A stretch of 64,000 nucleotides of DNA from Acidobacteriota bacterium (GCA_963664705.1 OY761556.1:5760001-5824000), one strand, 5' to 3'; numbered from the stretch's first letter, positions 9,867 to 20,169 are shown. Translations and numbers: made by a program. The notes: generated by a model not told the origin, from the letters alone.

Positions 9867-11915
9867 ATGGCGACACCAGGATTCGGTGGAAAGATTTTAT
9901 TAGTCGATCTTACAACCAAAGAAATCAAAAGGCTGGAAACGGATCAATATGCAATGTACGGAGGTGGGCACGGCACCTCCACCGCCCTGTTCTGGGAATA
10001 CAGCGTAGTTCCGGGGAAATGGAACCTTGATGACGCATTCAATCCCCTGAATATGGTTTTTTTGATGACCGGCGCCGTATCGGGAACTGGAATTCCTTTT
10101 GCCTCCAGGACAAGCGTCTCGGGCATGTCTCCGCAGTGCTATCCAATCCAGTGGTGGTGTCACAGCAACTTTGGCGGCACATTTGCCATGATGCTTAAAT
10201 TAGCGGGCTGGGATGGCGTGGCAGTCATCGGAAGAGCAGAGTCTCCGGTATATATCAATATTGTTGATGACAAAGTCACGCTCGAAGACGCCAGAGATTT
10301 GTGGGGCATGACGACCTGGAAGTGCCAGGAGGAGATCTGGAAGAGATCCGGCGTGCGCTACGGAATGGACTGGCAGCTGTTGGATGGAGGCTATACGCTG
10401 CAACGGCCCGCAATTGTCACCATCGGAGCCGCCGGTGAGAACATGACGCGAGTTGCGTCGCTCGTACATGGCGGCGGGAGCGGCGCGGGGCAAGGCGGAT
10501 TTGGCGGTGTTTTTGGATCTAAGAACCTGAAAGCAGTGTCGGTCGTGGGCTCCGGCAGCATCAAAATAGCCAATCCCAAAGCGTTGGTCGATGCCAAGGA
10601 AAAATATCATAAGGGCGGTGGCGGTTTTAGCGTCAATCTTTTCGGCGGCGCGAATGATGTTGCCTCATGTTGCGCGGGATGCGGCATGGGTAGCAGAATG
10701 TGCCACAACCGAAACCGGTCTTTCAGCGCGGATTCCGACGATTGCGCGGAATCGACCTGGTTCACCATCTCCAAAGAACAGTCCAAGGGAGTAGAGCTCC
10801 CGAAAGATATCAATCAGAAAGGGACAGATATCATTCAGCAGTTCGGAATCAACGGAATGGAAACCTGTTTCCAGGGTCACACGTCATTTCCGACTTCTCA
10901 CAACAAGGACTTCCCTATCCAGCCGAGTATCCCTGCCTATTCAGCACTGGGCTGGTACATGATGAAGATGTATGAAATGAAAGTCATTGGTCCCGGCACC
11001 AAGTTCGATACCGCGCCTCTCCCAATGGATAAGTTCCCAAGTCAGGAATTCATGGAAATGTATGGACGCGCGATCGCAAACCGCGAAGGTTTTGGCAAGC
11101 TCCTGGGGGAAGGAACCGCCCGCCTTGTTGAAGCACTAGGTAGAAAGGAAGACTTTAGTACACTGGCCCGGCAAACGATGTGGGGATTTATGGATCACTG
11201 GTCCATGCCTAATGTCGAATGGGCTTACGGCAATCTGTTCGATTCCAGGGATATCAACAGCCATGATATTTCCTGGGGGCGGGGCGATGCGGAACAGGCG
11301 GTCAAAAGCTATGCGGCCGGAACTCTCAGGAACGAACCGCTTTGGTTCGATTACACCTGGCAGGGGGATCAGGCTTATAAAACCGGAGTCTATTCCAGAT
11401 ACAAAGCCGAATGGGTTGCCTGGCACATGCATTACTGGAATTATTACAAAGAATCGGTCGGCTTCTGCGACTGGGGTTATTGCAACCTTAGTGCCAACGG
11501 GCGCACTCCTACCGCCGAACCAACCTATCTCAATGCAATCACCGGAAGAAATCACTCTTTCAATGACGGTTTGGAAATCGGCCGGCGCGCCTGGAATGTA
11601 AAACGGGCGATTTTTGTAATGCAGGGCAGGCACAAGAAAATGGAGAATTTCACTCCATATTATTACATGCCCGGCGCCTCCTATTGCGGCTATTACACGG
11701 ATCAGCCCCTACTCAAAGGCGACAAATGGGAAATTCAAAGCTGCAGGGAACTATACTTCACAAGAGAAGGAGTCGATCAGTTCAAGACCCATTTCTATAA
11801 TGTCGAGGGCTGGGATCCGGATTCAGGCTATCCCAAACGCAAAACTCTCGAGGATCTCGACATCAAACAAGTCGCCGATTTCCTGCAGTCCAAAAACAAA
11901 CTCGGTAAGGCATAA
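9867..11915 (+). CDS. Aldehyde:ferredoxin oxidoreductase (AOR/WOR, YdhV-like), copy 1
   Basis: GFGGKILLVDLT, SNFGGTFAMMLKLAGWDG, GGVFGSKNLKAVSV, FYNVEGWDPDSGYPKRKTLEDL; AGGAGG RBS. Confidence 0.92.
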   Translation: MATPGFGGKILLVDLTTKEIKRLETDQYAMYGGGHGTSTALFWEYSVVPGKWNLDDAFNPLNMVFLMTGAVSGTGIPFASRTSVSGMSPQCYPIQWWCHSNFGGTFAMMLKLAGWDGVAVIGRAESPVYINIVDDKVTLEDARDLWGMTTWKCQEEIWKRSGVRYGMDWQLLDGGYTLQRPAIVTIGAAGENMTRVASLVHGGGSGAGQGGFGGVFGSKNLKAVSVVGSGSIKIANPKALVDAKEKYHKGGGGFSVNLFGGANDVASCCAGCGMGSRMCHNRNRSFSADSDDCAESTWFTISKEQSKGVELPKDINQKGTDIIQQFGINGMETCFQGHTSFPTSHNKDFPIQPSIPAYSALGWYMMKMYEMKVIGPGTKFDTAPLPMDKFPSQEFMEMYGRAIANREGFGKLLGEGTARLVEALGRKEDFSTLARQTMWGFMDHWSMPNVEWAYGNLFDSRDINSHDISWGRGDAEQAVKSYAAGTLRNEPLWFDYTWQGDQAYKTGVYSRYKAEWVAWHMHYWNYYKESVGFCDWGYCNLSANGRTPTAEPTYLNAITGRNHSFNDGLEIGRRAWNVKRAIFVMQGRHKKMENFTPYYYMPGASYCGYYTDQPLLKGDKWEIQSCRELYFTREGVDQFKTHFYNVEGWDPDSGYPKRKTLEDLDIKQVADFLQSKNKLGKA

Positions 11916-11963
11916 GTACTGCCTGGGGTTTAATCGGGAGCCCCTGCTCACTTGCGCCAAAAT

Positions 11964-11987
11964 AGCCCAGCCTATCAAGGCTGGGCT
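11964..11987. terminator. Perfect 10-bp hairpin between convergent genes
   Basis: AGCCCAGCCT-atca-AGGCTGGGCT; no strong U-tract. Confidence 0.5.
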
Positions 11988-12148
11988 CGCAGCTTCCAGG
12001 TAGACGTGCGCATTTCTATTGACCGATGGAGGCCTAAGCGCGGAGTCTGTGAGGATGAACAGGAGGTTCCTGGGCGCCATGCCCGTCAAAAAAGATACGC
12101 TACTATCCGGTTATGGAAAGAATTAGAGCCTGGCAAGCTTGGTGCGGG

Positions 12149-12724
12149 TTACTCCGCCCCGATTATCAAATCCTGCAGTTTCCGCTTAGGCACGTGATGT
12201 ATGGACTGCGCATCCCTGTAGTACTTGATGTCTCCGGAAGGGCCTATGTCCTCCAGCACCACTTTTTCCGCAGGCACGCCCAGAGCAATCACCAAAAGGA
12301 TGTCCATGGTTTCCGGGATTTTCAGTTCAGTGCGTAACCTGTCCCGCTGCACATTGCCTATGAAACATCCTCCCAGTCCCCTTTCGGCAGCACCCAGCAG
12401 AATACTCTGACCGGCTATGCCATGGTCGCAGAAGAAATTATCGGCGATGCTCTTGTCGCCCAGTATGATTATGTAGGCGGCAGGCCGCTCCCCCTCGCTG
12501 GGTCCGCCCCAATCTTTAAGGTATCCGGCCCAGCCCAGACAAGGGAAGATCGCACTGTTTTTCTCCGCCGCAGTAGACAGGAAGTATTTTAGTGACTGGC
12601 GGTTGGCCGCGGAGGCGGAAAGCCGGGCCAGGTTCACCAGATCTTTCAAGATTTCCAACGAAACCGGCACTTCTTGTTTGAACCTCCTGTAACTACGGTT
12701 TTTCGTAACAAGATCCAACAGCAT
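12149..12724 (-). CDS. Nitroreductase family protein
   Basis: NRSYRRF, ARLSASAANRQSLKY, DHGIAGQSILLGAAERGLGGCFIG, VPKRKL. Confidence 0.92.
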   Translation of the reverse strand: MLLDLVTKNRSYRRFKQEVPVSLEILKDLVNLARLSASAANRQSLKYFLSTAAEKNSAIFPCLGWAGYLKDWGGPSEGERPAAYIIILGDKSIADNFFCDHGIAGQSILLGAAERGLGGCFIGNVQRDRLRTELKIPETMDILLVIALGVPAEKVVLEDIGPSGDIKYYRDAQSIHHVPKRKLQDLIIGAE

Positions 12725-13111
12725 GTATTGCTCCTTAAGAAGGCTATATGTTTTTTAAGACCCTCCGCCGATTGTGAGTGGGAAGGGCTCATTTCAATAG
12801 GTATTTTGATACCAATGATGCTGGAACAACAGAACATAATCTCCAGAAGCGATCTGGAACATTTGGTCCCTCGGTTCCTCACGGACGTTCCAGGGTAAGA
12901 TAGCCTATTTTACAGCCTTCTGTTCGGCTCCCCGGCAACGGGTTCCATTATTCGGTGGTTGCGTGCGCCAAATAGCTGGCTCCTTCGCCGCGCATACAGT
13001 AAAATCCGCCATCGATGCCAGCCGGTTCGAACAGTCGGCAGATGCTAGTCTGCAGGAGACGACTGTTGTCATTGCCGGAGCTGTGTCGAAAGCTTGAGAT
13101 TGGAAAAAGTC

Positions 13112-14461
13112 ATGCTGCCTGGGAACCGGGAGTCCGCCGCGGCGAGCCGGGATGCAGGATCATCCCCGCTGTCGGGTAAAATGAAACATAACGCCTTCGA
13201 AGCCTTCCGATATCGCGATTACCGGTTGCTCTGGATAGGGAATCTTTGCCAGACCATTGCCATCTGGATTCAAATGACCACCATGAGTTGGCTTGCCTAT
13301 GATCTGACGGGCTCGGGCGGCACCCTCGGTTTGGTGAACGGGATTCGCATAATCCCCAATCTTTTCGTCACGCCGATCGCTGGGGTTACCGTAGACCGCT
13401 TCAATAGAAACAGAATCATTGCGGTCAGCCAATTCTCCCTATTTTTATTTACGTTTCTCATGGCCGTCGACATTTACCTCGGCCATCTTCATGTCTCCCA
13501 TTTGTTTGTCTTTGCTCTGATCTCCGGTATTGCCAATTCTTTCAACATGCCGGCACGGCAGACTTTCGTGTTCGACCTCGTCCCGGCGCATATCGTTCCG
13601 AACGCAATTGCTTTGGACAATATCGCGATGAGCTCGTCACGGACAATAGCTTCGCTTGGAGCAGGCGCGCTGATTGTTGCTTTTGGGCCCGGCAACAACT
13701 TCCTCATCCAGGCTTGTATGTATCTGGCAATTATGACTACTGTCTTATCGATAAGGACCAAGCGACGCCCGCAGGCCACGCATCGCCGTCACTTCTTTAA
13801 GGAAATGGCCGAGGGTTTCCGGTACGGGATCCGGAATCCGAATGCACGGTTGCTCATGCTCATGATGATTATCAACCCCATGCTTCTGGTCCCTCTGCAT
13901 ATGGCGCTGCTGCCCATTTTTGCAACCAAGGTGTTGGCCGGCAATGCCGGGACGCTGGGCTGGTTGATGGGTTCACTCGGAGCGGGAGGACTTATCGGCG
14001 GCATATTGACGGCATCGCTGGGCAGCGTCGACCGGCGTGGCCTCGTCCAAATAATTTCACTGCTCGTGCATAGCCTGGCTCATGCACTATTTTGCGTGGT
14101 GGCATATTGGACGCATCAGCTTTGGCTCGCGCTCCCCTTCCTCGTCCTGGCCGGCACCATGGAAAGCCTTCACCTCACAACGAATCAAACCGTACTTCAG
14201 CTCCTCGCCCCCGATCACCTCCGTGGACGGCTGACGAGCGTCTTGCAATTAGTTCTGTTGATCAATCCGATTGGAATTTTCGCTGCCGGGGCACTTGCGG
14301 ATCATTTCGGGGCACTCGCCGTGGGCATAGCGTTCAGCATCTCCGCTCTTTTCATGACAATAGGCATTTTCCTCTTCTCCTCGCGGATGCGGGATCTTCG
14401 CCTCAGCGAACTCAGCGAACTCGGCCGGCAAGGCCTCGACCTAGCTCAGCCAGGACGATGA
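13112..14461 (+). CDS. MFS transporter (EntS/DHA3-like)
   Basis: About 12 TM; FRYRDYRLLW, motif A GVTVDRFNRNR, PDHLRGR; start could be 13181. Confidence 0.9.
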   Translation: MLPGNRESAAASRDAGSSPLSGKMKHNAFEAFRYRDYRLLWIGNLCQTIAIWIQMTTMSWLAYDLTGSGGTLGLVNGIRIIPNLFVTPIAGVTVDRFNRNRIIAVSQFSLFLFTFLMAVDIYLGHLHVSHLFVFALISGIANSFNMPARQTFVFDLVPAHIVPNAIALDNIAMSSSRTIASLGAGALIVAFGPGNNFLIQACMYLAIMTTVLSIRTKRRPQATHRRHFFKEMAEGFRYGIRNPNARLLMLMMIINPMLLVPLHMALLPIFATKVLAGNAGTLGWLMGSLGAGGLIGGILTASLGSVDRRGLVQIISLLVHSLAHALFCVVAYWTHQLWLALPFLVLAGTMESLHLTTNQTVLQLLAPDHLRGRLTSVLQLVLLINPIGIFAAGALADHFGALAVGIAFSISALFMTIGIFLFSSRMRDLRLSELSELGRQGLDLAQPGR

Positions 14462-14711
14462 AAAGAGCTGCTTTGCCCCGATTCACGAAAAGTGTTTCCA
14501 GAAAAAAGTTAAATGTTCTTAGTGATTCTGGCCCCTGATCCGAGATGAATCTGAGTATGCACAGCATTGCTTGCGAGCTGTCGATTTTCAGGCTGAGGGA
14601 AGCGGTAATCTTCGCAAGCATGGTGGAGAAATTCATGCCCTCATATGGCAAAATTTCTATCTTAAATTACTGACAAAATGATGAAGAGGAGCCCTTCGCA
14701 AAAGGAGGCAT

Positions 14712-16151
14712 ATGGAATACCGTAAGAATCGCCGCACAAAGAATCCGTTTTATTCGCTTCTTTTTCTGCTTTTGCTGATCATCCTTCTGAATCCGATGAA
14801 ATCGCAAGGCCAAACCGGCAGGAATCCGGATGTTCTCCATCAACTCAGTAGTTCCCTTGAAACTGTTACACGAAAAATTTCTCCGGCAGTTGTTCAGGTA
14901 AATGTAACACGCTATGCGGTGGTTGAAAATGAAGGGCGGAGTGCCTCGGCAGTATTAGGTCGGCAGCAGGTTACCGGATCGGGAGTTGTCATAGATTCGG
15001 AAGGGTACATCATTACGAATGCGCATGTGGTAGCGAATGCACAGAGAATCCAAGTCCGGTTGCCTGCGAAGGATGATAGCGGATCTCCTGCCTCAGTAAT
15101 GAAATCCAGAGCCCAAGCCATAAATGCGACTATTATCGGCATGGATAAACAAATCGACATTGCTCTTCTCAAAGCCGAAGCTACCGGCCTCTCGACGCTA
15201 TCATTTGCAAAATATGATCAGATCCGGCAAGGCCAGCTGGTTCTTGCGCTGGGCAGTCCTCAAGGACTGGAAAACACAATTACAATGGGAGTCATCAGTT
15301 CTGTCGCCCGGCAACCCCTCGGCAGCAATCCCCTTGTCTACATCCAGACGGATGCCCCGATCAATCCCGGCAACAGTGGCGGACCGCTGGTCGATGTCGA
15401 CGGCAACGTTGTGGGATTGAACACCTTCATTTTCAGCCAGAGTGGCGGGAGTGAAGGCATCGGATTCGCAATCCCGAGTTCAATCGTCGATCATGCGTAT
15501 CAACAAATCAGAAAATTTGGTCACGTCAATCGGAAGGTAGCGGGAGTTTCCGTCCAGCCGATTACTCCCACGTTGGCCATGGCCCTGAACTTACAGCAGG
15601 ACCATGGAATCATGGTCGCTGATGTCCTGCCCGATGGGCCTGCCGAGACTGCGGGACTGAAAATCCAGGACATTATCGTATCGGCGGATGACAAGCCCAT
15701 GGAGTCGATGGCAGAGTTTGAGACATTTCTCCTGCTGTATGATTCGCCAAAAATGAAAATGAAGGTCCTTCGGGAGGGCAAACAGGTTTTATTCGAGATC
15801 CCCGTCATTGAAAGGCGGAACGAAGAAGATCAGTTGAAAGATCTTGTTAATCAGAAGAACCTGGTTCCGCAACTCGGGATAGTGGGCGTAACGATAGATG
15901 AGAAAATCGCCAAGGTTAAGGAAGATCTTCGCATTGAAAGCGGCGTCCTTATTGCAGCTTTGGCTGAGTCTGCCGAGGCGCACGAAATTGAACTTGAGGC
16001 CGGCGATGTTATTCACTCGATCAATGGTTCTCCAATCCAAAATGTTACCGGGTTGCGTGATGCACTGAACCGTATCAAAACAGGCTCCCCAGTTGCCTTA
16101 CAGATAGAAAGAGACGGACAGCTTCAGTTCCTGGATTTCGAGATGTGGTAA
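14712..16151 (+). CDS. HtrA/DegP-type serine protease with two PDZ domains
   Basis: Signal/TM segment; ITNAHVV, DIALLK, QTDAPINPGNSGGPL; two PDZ-like segments. Confidence 0.93.
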   Translation: MEYRKNRRTKNPFYSLLFLLLLIILLNPMKSQGQTGRNPDVLHQLSSSLETVTRKISPAVVQVNVTRYAVVENEGRSASAVLGRQQVTGSGVVIDSEGYIITNAHVVANAQRIQVRLPAKDDSGSPASVMKSRAQAINATIIGMDKQIDIALLKAEATGLSTLSFAKYDQIRQGQLVLALGSPQGLENTITMGVISSVARQPLGSNPLVYIQTDAPINPGNSGGPLVDVDGNVVGLNTFIFSQSGGSEGIGFAIPSSIVDHAYQQIRKFGHVNRKVAGVSVQPITPTLAMALNLQQDHGIMVADVLPDGPAETAGLKIQDIIVSADDKPMESMAEFETFLLLYDSPKMKMKVLREGKQVLFEIPVIERRNEEDQLKDLVNQKNLVPQLGIVGVTIDEKIAKVKEDLRIESGVLIAALAESAEAHEIELEAGDVIHSINGSPIQNVTGLRDALNRIKTGSPVALQIERDGQLQFLDFEMW

Positions 16152-16174
16152 GGGATGCAGACCCAGACTGCGTC

Positions 16175-16500
16175 TTCATGACTCGTAAAACCAGGTACCA
16201 TTGTCGGTTGGTACCGAGCTGGTTTTCGCTTGTTCTGGCGATTGCGGTCTCCGAAAAAAAATCCGGGTAGGTCAAAAATTACGACGGAGATTCGAAATCC
16301 GATCGGAAAATGGCCGAGGAAGGCGCGAGTTGAGGTGCTCCAGGAATTCACGCGGAGCTTCTCAAGTGGGGCTTTGATCTACCGGAGCGTAGTCCCGCTA
16401 TCTTCGCCGCACATCTCCTTCCGGCCAGGCTCGCAGACTTTGTGCCACTTTTCTTCGCAACTATCGAGAGGTTATAGCGGCCATGGAGTTTCTCAACAGT
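16175..16500 (+). mobile_element. Degenerate rve/integrase-core transposase remnant
   Basis: Across frameshifts and a stop: KPGTIVGWYRAGFRLFWRLRS...GRSKITTEIR..., *GAPGIHAELLKWGFDLPERS, ATFLRNYREVIAAMEF; same family as 3181-3300. Confidence 0.75.
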
Positions 16501-16618
16501 GGGATCCCGCCTGGCCTGCATGTCAACAATTCTACTTTGCAATTCCTCACATGTTCACATCAATTACGACTCAAATTTCACTGCGCGGAATATTGGCGAC
16601 GGACAAAGCTATCAAATA

Positions 16619-18640
16619 TCATATTCCCAGCTTGCCTCTGGCAGCCATGGTATCTGCCATCTTTTTCATGCCGAAATCTTCCAAGGTCTTTCTGGTCGGC
16701 CAACCGTGGACAGTATCCCAGCCCTCCAATTTGTAGAAGTGGGTCTTAAATTCCTCTACGCCACCCTTGTCCAGATATATATCCGGCAGGTTGTCCCAAT
16801 GCCATTTGCCATCTTCGTACACCGGGACTCCACCAAAAGCGGCCATCCCAGCGGCTCCGGGCCTGTACATGTACGGGAAGAACACTTCTTGCTCCCGGCT
16901 TAGGCCCGCCATAGTTCGAATTGCCCGCTCCAGGGTCCAGATCTTCCTGCCAGTTTCCATGGTATCCGCAAAAGAAATTTTGCTGCCGGTAACAGCCCGA
17001 TAATAGCGCATCTCCATGTCGGGAGTGACCGTGTTCAGTCGCGGCAGGAAAAATTCACAGAAAGCCATGGATTCGTTCCAGAAACTTGCATAATGCCTGG
17101 TCCAAGCCACCTCCTTGGCTTTATGCTCGGAATAGATGCCCGTTTTTCTGGCTTCGTCTCCTTTCCAGGCGTAGTTGAACATGAAGATATCATTATAAGG
17201 AATGACCCTTGCGGAAAGCCGTTCCAAAACCTTCTCAATGGGAGTGCCATCCCGGGAAGTCCCGACGGCCGAGCTGAACCCATGCCAACTGGGATCTCCT
17301 GCTCCGAGCAGGTAGTTATAAGCCCATTCAACGTACGGCATGGTCCAATGCCCTGTGGCTCCCCAGGCCGGGAACCGCAAGGCGCCGGACTCCATGTCCT
17401 GTTCCAGCCGCCCCCATTTCTTGGCCGCTTCGCAGACGCCTTCGGCTATGGCGTCGCCGATTCCTTCTCGCCGGGCTATGGCATCAAGGAACGCTTCGCG
17501 GAAGACCAATTCTCCCCATTGGTCCATGGGCAGCGGAGCCGATTCGATCTGCTTTCCCGGACCCAGCACGCCCTGCTCATAGAGGTAACGCAGATACCAG
17601 CCGATTCCTGTTTCCATCGGCACTTTTTTGTGGAAGAACTCCGGCGCATTGGGAACGTCCGACACGAACGCTCCTAAAAAATGAGCCGCCCAGGAACTGG
17701 CTCCGTATTTCATCAATGCTCCTGCAGCACGGTCTGCAGCCTCCGTTCCACGATCGCCCAGCCACAACTGACTGGTGCACATGGTTTCGCCGCCATATAA
17801 GGTGTTGCGTCGACGGTCGGCACGGAGGCAGGAATTACAGGAACCATCCCCGGGTACTGCGGCACCAAATTGTCCTGTCGTTATCGGAGTCTGCATATCG
17901 GCCAATCTGGCGTCCAGGACGCCCTTGGGATCCGCCATCTTCACATTGCCGGTCCCCGTCACGCTGATGGCCTTCAAATTCTTCGCCCCAAAGATCGCGC
18001 CGTAGCCGCTAACGAGGCTGCTGCAGCCGCTGCCGTGAATCAAGGCTGCCAAACTGGACTTGGTCTCTCCAATTGGGCCGATGCAAACGATCTGAGGTCT
18101 GGCCGTTGTATAGGCGTTCCCAATCTGCTGCCATTCATCACCGAAGCGAGTCCTTCCGGCAACCATGGATTCAATCCGGTTCTGAGTTGTCCAGGTATCC
18201 AAGCCCCAGAGCTCCTTCGCTTCCTCGATTTTGACTTGGTCGTTGATGATATTGATCCATACCGGCCTTTCCGCCCGGCCTTCCACTACCACGCCATCCC
18301 ACCCCGCCAACTTCAACATGGTGGCAAAACGGCCGCCAAAATTGCCGCGGTGGAATTCCCGAGTTGGAAAGGTTTCCGGACAGATGCCGCAGACACTGGT
18401 TCTGCCGGCTCCGGGAACGCCCGTAGCCGCCAATCGACCCGCCATGATAGGAAGGACATGGCGCGGATCGTAGGGATCCTTCAAATCCCATTCGCCCGGG
18501 GCGACCGCGAGATCCCAGAAGATGGCTGCGCCCATACCATAGCCGCCGCCGTATTCCTCGTATTTTGCGGTGTCGATTGTGCTGATTTCTTTTGTTGTCA
18601 GATTGACTCGTGCAATTTTACCTGTGAATCCATTGGCCAT
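16619..18640 (-). CDS. Aldehyde:ferredoxin oxidoreductase (AOR/WOR, YdhV-like), copy 2
   Basis: MANGFTGKIARVNLTT, GNFGGRFATMLKLAGWDG, GAIFGAKNLKAISV, FYKLEGWD..GWPTRKTLE. Confidence 0.92.
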   Translation of the reverse strand: MANGFTGKIARVNLTTKEISTIDTAKYEEYGGGYGMGAAIFWDLAVAPGEWDLKDPYDPRHVLPIMAGRLAATGVPGAGRTSVCGICPETFPTREFHRGNFGGRFATMLKLAGWDGVVVEGRAERPVWINIINDQVKIEEAKELWGLDTWTTQNRIESMVAGRTRFGDEWQQIGNAYTTARPQIVCIGPIGETKSSLAALIHGSGCSSLVSGYGAIFGAKNLKAISVTGTGNVKMADPKGVLDARLADMQTPITTGQFGAAVPGDGSCNSCLRADRRRNTLYGGETMCTSQLWLGDRGTEAADRAAGALMKYGASSWAAHFLGAFVSDVPNAPEFFHKKVPMETGIGWYLRYLYEQGVLGPGKQIESAPLPMDQWGELVFREAFLDAIARREGIGDAIAEGVCEAAKKWGRLEQDMESGALRFPAWGATGHWTMPYVEWAYNYLLGAGDPSWHGFSSAVGTSRDGTPIEKVLERLSARVIPYNDIFMFNYAWKGDEARKTGIYSEHKAKEVAWTRHYASFWNESMAFCEFFLPRLNTVTPDMEMRYYRAVTGSKISFADTMETGRKIWTLERAIRTMAGLSREQEVFFPYMYRPGAAGMAAFGGVPVYEDGKWHWDNLPDIYLDKGGVEEFKTHFYKLEGWDTVHGWPTRKTLEDFGMKKMADTMAARGKLGI

Positions 18641-18655
18641 ATCTATTCTCCTTCC

Positions 18656-19405
18656 TTAGGACTTTGACGCCGGTGGTTCTTTGGCGGTTGGGGTTCCCGG
18701 CTTACGAGACGGCGTCTTCGGCATCGGAGGAGCCAGATTGACGTCGTACCCGGATACATCCTCCTGCGGAGGAGCTTCATGGACAATTTTGAGCGCCTTG
18801 GCTGGACAGCACGTAACACATGCGGGTTCCCCATCGGGGCCCCCCTTTTTGCTCCAGAAAGGCGCGTCGATGCATAGGTCGCACTTGGAAGATTTGTTCT
18901 TGTAGGGATTCCAGACCGTCCGATGAGGCCGTTGAGGGCAGAACTGGATGCACCGCTTGCAGCCGATGCACTTGGCCTGATCGATGACCCGGACATTACC
19001 GTGTTCGGTATCAACATGAGCGGCGCCGGTCGGACAATTCTGGACGCAGAGCGGTGATATGCATTGACGGCAGGCTGCCATAACGACGTCGAGTGGGTAC
19101 TTGGTGAACGATGGAGCATCCCGGACAATCTGAATTCGGGACAGGGCAGGATTCGCTTCTCCTTGATGCGTCATGGAACATGCAAACATACAGCTTTGGC
19201 AACCCCAGCATAGACGACTGTCATAAACGATGTAGCCGGTGGATGCAGGATACGTTGCTTTCGTATCAGCAGGGAATGCCGTCGTTGCTGAAACTCCCGG
19301 AACGCCAACTGCAAGCGCTCCTCCAGCCAGAGCTGCGCCACTACCGACTAGAAACTCACGCCTGTGCACTCTCTTTTTGCTGTCGGCCTTTTCTGATTCA
19401 GCCAT
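18656..19405 (-). CDS. Tat-signal 4Fe-4S dicluster protein (YdhY-like)
   Basis: HRREFL twin-arginine signal; four Cys clusters; paralog of 9079-9852. Confidence 0.9.
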   Translation of the reverse strand: MAESEKADSKKRVHRREFLVGSGAALAGGALAVGVPGVSATTAFPADTKATYPASTGYIVYDSRLCWGCQSCMFACSMTHQGEANPALSRIQIVRDAPSFTKYPLDVVMAACRQCISPLCVQNCPTGAAHVDTEHGNVRVIDQAKCIGCKRCIQFCPQRPHRTVWNPYKNKSSKCDLCIDAPFWSKKGGPDGEPACVTCCPAKALKIVHEAPPQEDVSGYDVNLAPPMPKTPSRKPGTPTAKEPPASKS

Positions 19406-19717
19406 TGGGCATTCTCCTCATCAGTGTGATTTTATCTTGGTTATTAAGCCCACATCTTCTCGCTACTGTGTGCAGATCATTGGGCTCGCAACTGCTTTAA
19501 TGCTCCATTTTGCCATTTATTGGAAACACCAGGCTCGATCCCGGCCATTACATGAGTCGCATCTTTCGCAACTTTGCCCCATGGATACGCTTCATCCAAT
19601 GTGCTTGAAGCAAGCCCGCCATCGTGGATCAAGGCCGTTCGCAATCGTGCTCCAGATTCAAGCCGAAGGTGTAGCTCATGACCACTGAGTCGTTGATTAA
19701 ATCCTTTGGAATTCCTC

Positions 19718-19738
19718 CGGCAATATTATATATTGCCG
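19718..19738. promoter_or_regulatory. Perfect palindrome, possible operator or hairpin
   Basis: CGGCAATAT-tat-ATATTGCCG, about 310 bp upstream of the Fe-S/AOR2 operon. Confidence 0.35.
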
Positions 19739-19789
19739 CTGTTCCCAGCCTTTTTACCACAATCTGAGTGATCCTCTACCGATAAATTC

Positions 19790-20167
19790 TCAGAGAAGAA
19801 TTCTTACTTTCCTGCGATGATGCAGTAAAACCCGGGCTCGCGGATCTCCGCTATCATCCGCGTACAAATGGGGAAGCGACAGATTTTCAAATACCCGGTT
19901 GATTTTAAGGAACAGAATGGCGCACGCCAGAACGACTCGTTTGTTTCCATCAATAAATGCACGGTTGCGGACAAGGTGAAACAGGTAGGCGGCTGCTATT
20001 TCAGGAGGGAATTCGTGGAAATATTGGCTGCCGAAACCCGCTTGCGGCATTGCCAGCGCTGCTTCCAACAGACCCGCATCTCATAACCCCCGCGTACCTC
20101 CATATCGTTGAATTAGTTCCTTGTGCAGTGCCAGAACGTCCTCCAGGGTGAGAAAGGCAATTTCCAT
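19790..20167 (-). pseudogene. doc: Doc/Fic toxin pseudogene
   Basis: MEIAFLTLEDVLALHKELIQRYGGTRGL*DAGLLEAALAMPQ with in-frame TGA at 20083-20081; Fic motif reads RAFIDGNKR (catalytic His lost); 3' end diverges. Confidence 0.8.
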
Positions 20168-20169
20168 AA

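Noticed and set aside
19495-19520. Sigma-54 promoter for the Fe-S/AOR2 operon (TGGCA...GCA on the minus strand)
   Set aside because: GG-to-GC spacing is one base short of the required N10
20081-20083. In-frame TGA in doc as selenocysteine or recoding
   Set aside because: The position is a conserved Arg (CGA to TGA), and other lesions show pseudogenisation
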